Below the pieces are notes generated by a model. That model was not told the origin of the DNA. It made no database searches and saw nothing but the letters and a program-made list of their open reading frames with translations. Both the position numbers and the translations under genes were made by a program. Shown here piece after piece: positions 55,751 to 64,000 of a stretch of 64,000 nucleotides of DNA (position 1 is the first letter of the stretch; each line of letters opens with the position of its first letter). Source of the stretch: Paraphysomonas bandaiensis (lineage: Eukaryota; Protista; Chrysophyceae). The stretch spans positions 1-64,000 of the forward strand of contig CBFFRP010000216.1 in assembly GCA_965644295.1 (NCBI GenBank). The letters run 5' to 3'.

Positions 55751-55869
55751 ACTTCTGCATCTGAGAACTGTCTAGATGTAGGTCGATTGCTGCATCATCT
55801 TAACCCTCCGTGAATGTCCTTCCATGATGCTTAAAGAGAATAGGTGTTGATTTGCAGTCACTATTCGTT

Positions 55870-57936
55870 ATGCCTGTAAATACATTTGAATGCGGTGAGA
55901 TACTATCCGGTAAGTGGGAGCTGGTTAGAAAAATTAGTCAGGGCTCGTTCGGGGAGCTGTTCGTTGCTAGAGACATCACCAGTGGCACTGTATATGCCAT
56001 TAAGATTCAGAGCAGTGAGACTGATGCTCGTTTGAAGGTATTGATAACAGTTCAGTATGATGCTGAGATATGTTGATGACTGATTCGTTAGTGGGAGAGT
56101 GAAGTGTTAACTGCAATGAACGACTCCGATCTGACCCCTCAGATTGTACTGCTGGACCAATACGCCCCAGAACATGATTTTATCGTCATGCAACTTTTGG
56201 GTGAGGATATGTCTGCTCTACGGCGTCGAGCACGACAAAATACATTTAAAGGATTGCCTCTGCCGGTTGTCGCGTATTTGTCATTGCAAATGCTCAAATG
56301 CATTGAAGCTCTTCACCTGAAAGGATTCGTACATAGGTATGATTGAGCAAACTGCAGTTATGTATAACCAAGTGATCGTTTTCATGATAGAGACGTAAAA
56401 CCTGCGAACTTCGTCCGCAAGTCCCACACAAGCACTGAGTTCTGTATTATAGACTTTGGAATCGCAAAGCAGGTACTTATAAGCGTGCCCACATTTGATG
56501 TTTTGCTCATCTTGGGAAGCATGTTAGCACGTCTAGTGGAAAGATACGCTGTGCCCGAGAATCGGCTGAATTTCGAGGCACCACGATGTATGCCTCTCTT
56601 CACAGTCATGATCTCCAAGATCTTTCTTTCCGCGATGATTTATGGAGTTTTCTGTTCGTTTTTATTGACCTCTTTGTTGGTATGTATATTTGAATTAGTT
56701 GCTGTTACTAAAGGAGTACTGTGTTATAGGCAAGCTTCCCTGGACAGAAGAGGCTAGGCGTAAAGAAAAATCTAGTGTGGCTGATATCAAGAGAAAGTAT
56801 GTTGGTGACCCTACTCAACTCACGAAGTGGATTTTCTCTCAGATACATCAACAGCATCGCTCTCAGGTGGTCAAGTGTTGATTTTAGACCAGAATATATG
56901 TTTCAATGTAGCTGCATTACAGGTCGAGATGCTGGATGTGTTAAGCGAGAGAATTACAGATGTGGTGGAGTATATTGGGGTAAGCGTATTGATGTGCTTC
57001 TGGTGTTTTCGTCATGAATATTGATGTATAGTGGTGTGGTTAGGTGCGTTATCTTACCGCGTATATTGCAGGGGCTCGGATACAAAAATATGCCTAATTA
57101 CAACAAGCTTCGCACTTACCTAAATGAGCTATTGTCCTCTCAAAGTGTATCTCAGGAAGCACTTGATGTACCCAATAAGCTCTCGGAGCTCCCAACTTCA
57201 TTAGTTGATGTGTCTTGCATTGACTATGTTAATGGTTCGTTCAATTGGAAATGCGAAAGTTTATACCCTGGCGAATTCAGAGGAGATGTGCCTGATGTAG
57301 CTTATGAGATGGATATTCGTCAGTATGAGAATGTGAGTCAGTTTCAGAGTGTGATCACAGCGAGAGCTTGGTATGGTGTAAACGTATGCAAGAAAGCGTC
57401 GCCAACCAGCGCCACTCATATCTCAGGAAATGGTAGTGAGAACTTATGCAATGGTGCTGTATTTGACGTTGAAGAAAGTAAAAGTGATTATATTACCCCT
57501 TTGCATCAGTTATCCCGCTTGTGGAAATCTTTATACATGGCGCTGCTAAGTGTACCAAAGGAGTATTTACAGTGGAGTACAGTGAGTAGTCTGAAGCATC
57601 TACTAGACAACTGCCGTTGGTTTTATGCCATTGGTCAGTACACTTTTTCCAATCCGGAGAATACAATAGTATCGTCCTCTGACTTTTTCCTGCTACAAAA
57701 GGTATGTATGCAATGACTGTGACAGCATATGCCATGTTTTTCTAGTTGCTGCTGTAATATTGCGATACGCTTGTGGTACTCTGATGTGTTGTATCAGGAT
57801 ATTTACGATTTTATGGAAATATATAGACAACAGCTTCAGGTGTTACCTGAGATTGTTTCATTTTCGAAGCAAAAGGTAATTTTGATAACGGTGAAGTATA
57901 TTGTTCGCATGTGACATTTTCGTGTAGGATGTATAG
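55870..57936 (+). CDS. CK1-group kinase (TTBK-like), multi-exon; 3' end tentative
   Basis: ISQGSFGELF, AIKI, VMQLLGED, HRDVKPANF, IIDFGIA, FRGTTMYAS and LPW. Confidence 0.88.
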
Positions 57937-58470
57937 CACTATATGGAATATGGTGGACCGAGCTTGTATTGTAGTGGAGATAGTTAGTGGGGAAAATATG
58001 GTAACACGCCAATGTGAGCTAAACAGATTAAAGTCATGCGTACAATTTTAGTTGATTTAATGAAACCTTTAAAAATGGATCATGTTGTTGTCGTTTTAAT
58101 ATGAGTAACATGACTTTCAATGATACTATGAATGTTTCGTAGTTCTACTTTCTAGTTATAATACACTGCGATCTTCTTACCATTTAGGTTGTTAATCCTT
58201 AAATCTTTAATAGATGGAATAGCCCAACATGCAACACAAACATTAGAGGCTAGTGAAAATATCGATTTACGTATTAATTTCGAATAACGCAATGCGGTAT
58301 ATCAAAAGTCCTATTTTCGCTAGGAGCGTACACGACGGTGTCAAAAAAAATCGGCTCAATATAAGAGCCGCACTAGAATACTACTTTTTCAAAATTGTTT
58401 CAAAAGGCAAATACGCAAAAACTAACTATCATTATTTTCATGGCTTCCCAATTCTTATGTACATAACACC

Positions 58471-59480
58471 TTAGCACGATGATGAAATTTTAAGCATTCT
58501 GACTGCAGGATCAGGTGAAGGTTGTTCAGTGACGAGTTCCTTGTGGTCTTGTTTCACACCCTCTATTGCAGCGGTTGTCGAATCGTCAGCTGTGATAAGT
58601 ATGAGCGCAGACAGAAGCCTGTCATCTTTTCCCCCACACTCATCTAATATCAAACGTTTTCTGTCTACTTTCCAGATGCCATGGTGTCCACTCACCATCC
58701 AGGACTCATTTAACTCCTCCGGGATAGCTAAGACATTGTCCCTACCAGATATGGGCTCTATCCACGCGACGTCTTCTCTCTTTCGCTTCAAGGATGCAAT
58801 CTCCTCTTCAACACTTTCCCATCCTCCATTTCTTCCCTCAAGTCCTCCATGAACGGCTAATATACGGCCCATATTAGGAACACTTATGTCTACCACATGC
58901 TCGAGAGAGTTCAGAAACTGGTAGTGTGAAAACGGTAGACAGGACAGTAATCCATCTCTGTCTGCGTATTTCACACCATAAGACAAAAAAGTAGCTGCAG
59001 CATCATAAATTGAATCTGGGAAAGATCCGTTTACGCTACCCGCCCACCGCCTGCCCTGTAGATGCATTGTTGACGCACCAACGCCTTCATAGAAAGTCGA
59101 TGCCTTCACCTTCGGAATAAAGCCATCACATGTGTGAGAATGATCAATTCCTTCAGTGTCCAAATACTTCAGCATAGCAAAATCATGATTTCCACAGAGA
59201 AATCGGAATTTATAATGTGAATGAGTCTGAGGAAGAGCAACTAAAAAATCCAGAACTTCTCTTGTGTTGGGTCCACGATCGCAGTAGTCGCCTGAGTATT
59301 GTCATTATTATCAGCATCTGTCACACGCATAAACTTACCCAAAAATATAACATTAGTATTTGCGTGACATAAGGAACTAAATCTATTGAGTACAGTGTAC
59401 AGGTTGGACCACAGTGAGGTGGTCTTAGCCATCTGCCCGTGAATATCCCCTATAAACGCGAATAGAGACCGATGAGACAT
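58471..59480 (-). CDS. RLPH-type (Rhizobiales-like) PPP metallophosphatase (1 intron)
   Basis: GDIHG, FLGDYCDRGP, FLCGNHD, MHLQGRRWAG...SIYDAAATFLSYGV, VSGHHG and LILDECGG. Confidence 0.85.
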
Positions 59481-59889
59481 TATATACACAATAAAGCACG
59501 CTGTACGTCTACATTTCCATGAGACAATATGATCGACCGATTGAAGCACTCGCTCTGAGAGTGTCCGCAGCGCAGTTGTGATGGGCATGTATTTACATCC
59601 CTCCATAACATATTCAAATCTACTGACGAACCAAAACAGGGTATACGTAAATACGAGATATCTATTGGATAATATGAATGTAGAGGATGTAGCTATTGTG
59701 CTGTATTTGAGAGGTATACAGCCGTCATAGCATACAGCAGTGGTGTCTGTCCAGCAGGCATACATACAGTACACATACCTCTAGCAGATGTACATGGCAT
59801 GTATATCACCACACGAGACGCACAGACTGAGGGAGACTCTTAATCAGAATTCTCCTCACACTATCCCGTATATCTTCCCTCTCCTATTC

Positions 59890-60546
59890 ATGAAGCATAT
59901 TATATTAGGCTCCGGATCACTCAGTCGCAAAGCGATTCTATCTGAAGCGGGAATTTCTTTCACAGCTGTAGCAGCAGATATCGACGAGCGTGCCATTGGA
60001 AACCGATCGAGCGCTGAATACGCACAAGAATTAGTTTTATCGATTGCTCGTGCTAAAGCTGATTGTATTATTCAGAAGTTGCCAGAGGATTTGCCAAGTA
60101 GGACATTACTGACAGCAGACACTGTTGTCACACATAATAATAAAATTATTGAGAAACCGCGGTCACAAGAAGAGGCCCGTGAAAATTACAAGAGCTATGG
60201 ACTGTATCCGTGCTCATTAGTTAGTGGAATAGTATTAACGGACGTGGTAACTGGAAGCAGAGTCGAGGTGATATCGATATTTCTGAGTATAATCTATATT
60301 GTAAAAATGCCTGTATAGGGAGTTGATGTTGCGACAGTGCGGTTTAAACCGTTTTCAGACGATGCTGTTGAAAAAATTATAGAGGAAGGCAAGTTATTTA
60401 AATGTGCTGGAGGTATTATGATTGAGAACCCTTTGGTGTCGCCATTTATCGATAGTATTGATGGTAATGAAGACACAATCAGAGGATTATCGATCGAGTT
60501 ATCCCAACGTCTTTTTAGGCAGCTTTATGCTCAGCAGGAGAGCTGA
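59890..60546 (+). CDS. Maf-family nucleotide pyrophosphatase (1 intron)
   Basis: IILGSGSLSRKAIL, DIDE, LLTADTVV, EKP, CAGGIMIE and IRGL. Confidence 0.92.
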
Positions 60547-60826
60547 ATGTGTTTTAAGTGTATGTAAAGAGAAGCTAGATTAATACTGCTGGATTATTTT
60601 TACTAGAACAATCACATTTCTCATGTATATCAGAACCCTTTAATACCTGCCACTAAAGTATACCTTGTCTAATTTGTATTGCTGATATAAACTTCTCTGG
60701 TGTTCATGAAAATAGTATCAGTTAAATGAAACTATTCAAACATTTCCACATAGTAAAGTAAATAGGCCATTTTGAAGCAAGTTAGAAGTTAGCACCTATT
60801 GTTAGTGTTTAGAACAGTCTTTACGA

Positions 60827-61359
60827 CAGGCTTGTGTAACAATTACTTGTTAACAATTTCTTTAAATTGTCAATTCAATTAATTAACTTTAAAATGATAG
60901 TTACATTTATTTTCATTGGATATCTCTCACCAATAAATAGGCTGACTTTGTAATATAGCTTACACTATTTATCATAATTGTGTTGCAGACTTGCTTAGTG
61001 CTTAGGGGCAGTATACACTTTAACCTCAGCACGCATACTGAGCACCTCCACAGCAATCGTCGTGATACGCAGCACAAGCTGATTGCAGATATTCAACGAC
61101 TTCAAGATAATCAAGTATAGTAGTAGGGTGAATGATGTGGTGTATCCGTTGTGGACCCCTACTTGTCGCTATGTCACCAGTTGTATGTCTGTCCAATAAT
61201 AATGTCATTTCCGGAAGGGCATATTAAGGCGAAAGAATAAATCAGGGTAAAAGCAATTCGCAAATTACTCTAAAATCCAGTAATTATACCCAATTAATTT
61301 CAATGCCAATAATTGGACACGTGGTATAAAGATACTTTATTAATTGTTACACAAGCCGG
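60827..61359. mobile_element. hAT MITE of the 39610 family
   Basis: CAGGCTTGTGTAACAATT ... AATTGTTACACAAGCC. TSD not evident. Confidence 0.7.
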
Positions 61360-62025
61360 GCTCAGAAAGATACTCTAAAAGTCAGCAATAGAGTGAAGAA
61401 AAATAATTGATAATATGCTAATAATTGGATGCTAGGTTAGTAATTGCTATTATTATTGTTGGATAACTCTAACCCATTAATAGTTGGAAAGTAATGTTGA
61501 CGATGTTGGAACGAATCGATGTACAGTGTACTGCTATTGAATACATTGGAAACATTCATATTCTACCCCTATCTCTCCGAAGAGTAACATCATAGGAAAT
61601 TGGCACGATTACAATTAGTCTTTATTTCCTATTATCTAATATCAGCCACGAGAATAATGAATGGACGAAACTTGTAAATTATTGACGCTCATAGAACTTT
61701 AGTTATATATCACCGCATCTTATATTGCGTATAAAAACTATCAGTGAACAGTATCAGTGAAAGTAAAATTTAAAGATAATTGCAACAGCATAAGCCATTG
61801 CAACTTCCAGGGAAATTATTATTCATTAAGGTATTGGTGCCGTCAAACTATTCGATTAAGGGGTATCCTTTGTCCCTCTGAATTCAATTTCTTCAGGACT
61901 TACAACCTTTTGAACAATGTACTACAATAGGTATTATAACATATATGAAATCGACAGTTTCATTTCCTTTCACTATAATAAGGCGGAATCAAGTCGTCTG
62001 TCTACACTAGCATTAACTACAAATA

Positions 62026-62613
62026 TTATATCAGAATAGGGTTTATATCAGAGGAGCTTGATGGCAAATCTGGAGCTGTTTCGAACACATTGGGTACACC
62101 CCGGACAATATTTCCCAGGAATGTCTCGCTTAGCGCCTTGAGTTCCGGGTTGCTATGGGTGCATAGAAACTTAGCAGCATCCACTCGCAACTTCTTTTCC
62201 AACTGCCTGTCGTCAGGTGCACTATTAGAAACTGAATTAGTGGTACCAGCACTGTTCGATGCTTGTTTCAACTTATTCTTTTTGCCTTTCTTCGAAGACC
62301 GCGTCCTCTTCACAGACCCGTCCTGGAATTTCTTAGCTAAATCCATGATCTCTTCCTTCATTTCTACGGGGGTGATACCCCACAGACGAATAACTTTTCT
62401 TTTTTGAAAAGGTTTCATATCATCCCATGATTTAAAGCGATCGTAGTAGGGAGGAATAGCGCCCTCCTTCTCTACCCAGCTAAGGATCATGTCTTGGAAA
62501 TTCTCAGTCGTGAAGCCATCTGGAAGGTTCACTTGGTCCACAGCCTCTGCAGTTACAGGTTCAGATGTCTGCTCCACACCATCCTCTTTCGACACCACAC
62601 CAACAGATGACAT
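62026..62613 (-). CDS. Hypothetical protein
   Basis: 195-aa ATG-initiated ORF with protein-like composition and the promoter motif upstream at 62766. Confidence 0.65.
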   Translation of the reverse strand: MSSVGVVSKEDGVEQTSEPVTAEAVDQVNLPDGFTTENFQDMILSWVEKEGAIPPYYDRFKSWDDMKPFQKRKVIRLWGITPVEMKEEIMDLAKKFQDGSVKRTRSSKKGKKNKLKQASNSAGTTNSVSNSAPDDRQLEKKLRVDAAKFLCTHSNPELKALSETFLGNIVRGVPNVFETAPDLPSSSSDINPILI

Positions 62614-64000
62614 ATTGAATACTACTCCTTATATATTGAATCTTTGGAATGTATTTACAGTATTTGAAATGGTGCTCAACTATCGTATTATCGTACTACT
62701 CGATACAAACAAATCAACCAACTCTCAAAATTTTTACATACCCACATATCGATATTGTTGTCTGGATACTGCTGTATGTGTCGTATGTGGAATATTCAAA
62801 AAATTACTTCACCTAAAATTTCACAAAAAATATAGTAAAAAAATATCGATCTTGAAGGACAGTTTTTGTTTTCAATAAATAGCGAAATCTGCTATCTATA
62901 CAGCAAAAAAAAACTAGTTTTGATATAATCCACACCATCGACATGGACAGATGTGTCCATCAATACACAGCAGGGTAAGACGGCTACACAGCACAGAGTC
63001 TTAAGCTCGATATGAGCGAGATATCAGATACGAATGATACTACTTGTAACAACAGATCATTTATGATCAGAGGATGTTGCCACAGGGTTCTGTTTATAAG
63101 TCGACACAAGTGAATTGCTTAACTCATGAAGTGGTGTGTTGTACATCCAGTGACAATACTATAGAGAGGAGCACAGCGAAGGACAGCCATAGCACTTGAA
63201 TAATATGCCGTTGTCTGCAACAAATGGCGTTCGTTTTCTATAAGCTCTCTCTCTCTATAGACTTCTTTATCACTGGCTTAACATATGGAGTCGTCAAGAG
63301 CACGATGTGAGGAGGTATCACGAGCATAACTATCGGTATGAAGCATATTATATTACAGAGCACCACATCCACCCGTATATATATACAGAGCAGTTGATGT
63401 TCAGAACTTACTAGACACTAGCGTATGTTGATGTCAATCTTCTTCACCAGCACTTATCGAAGTATGATTTCTTCAGGTGGTGAAACCCACTGTGTATTCT
63501 CTTTTGTAGGCTGGCTTCAAATAGTCCATTTTAAATTTTATATTGCTTGTTTCTAGAATTTTCAGCACTAGTTTTTCAATTTAAAATATGTTGTCATCAA
63601 AATAAATTTTAATGTACAGATTTCACTACTTCTTATATATATACTATATACAGTATACAGAGATATCTTACTGGATGAACTACACAGACCCTTTTCACTT
63701 GGCGATATTCTAAACAGTTGTGACACATAGATGTCAGATTGTTTACTGAGTATATATTTCGACGATATATTTCATGTATCTTTAGTATATTTTGTTCTCG
63801 CTAAGCAGTGTTATGTACGAAATAATTGAATATGAGTGTTACAGCACACTCCCAGAACTGAATATGAGTGTACGAGATGTACGATTGCAATTTCATACAA
63901 ATCATTTCACGAGTAAATACATTAACAGAATACAGGCTGTACGTCGCTATACAAAAAATTCACAAACTAATAGTAGATTACGGTTTATCTCCCAATTGCT

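Overview
This is eukaryotic nuclear DNA, AT-rich, with short GT-AG introns. Gene content and style suggest a stramenopile/chrysophyte-like protist (inference only). About 23 protein genes can be read: MND1, ERCC8/CSA, two papain-family proteases, a DYRK-like kinase, a bacterial-type MetF/MTHFR, an LRR protein, organellar ProRS, an ankyrin-CaaX protein, a TBC1D20-like GAP, a PX-GOLD coiled-coil protein, a secreted SAM methyltransferase, a Zn-finger/M28-like hydrolase, SRP54, a GH5 glucanase, SmE, an ABCG transporter, a DIP13/SSNA1-like protein, a CK1/TTBK kinase, an RLPH phosphatase, Maf and two hypotheticals. Twenty of them sit in ten head-to-head pairs about 350-600 bp apart, and most of these spacers carry a CTGCTGTA/TACAGCAG motif. 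Mobile DNA is confined to the tail-to-tail gaps: Copia elements and solo LTRs, hAT-type MITEs with 8-bp TSDs, and a foldback element. The most novel-looking signal is a ~505-bp retroposon (44029-44533) with a 16-bp TSD. Its 5' end folds into an HDV-like ribozyme topology, and related copies lie near 9.4-10.0 kb. The first ~2 kb and 17.8-19.6 kb may contain long-read consensus errors. All coordinates and alignments were made by eye.
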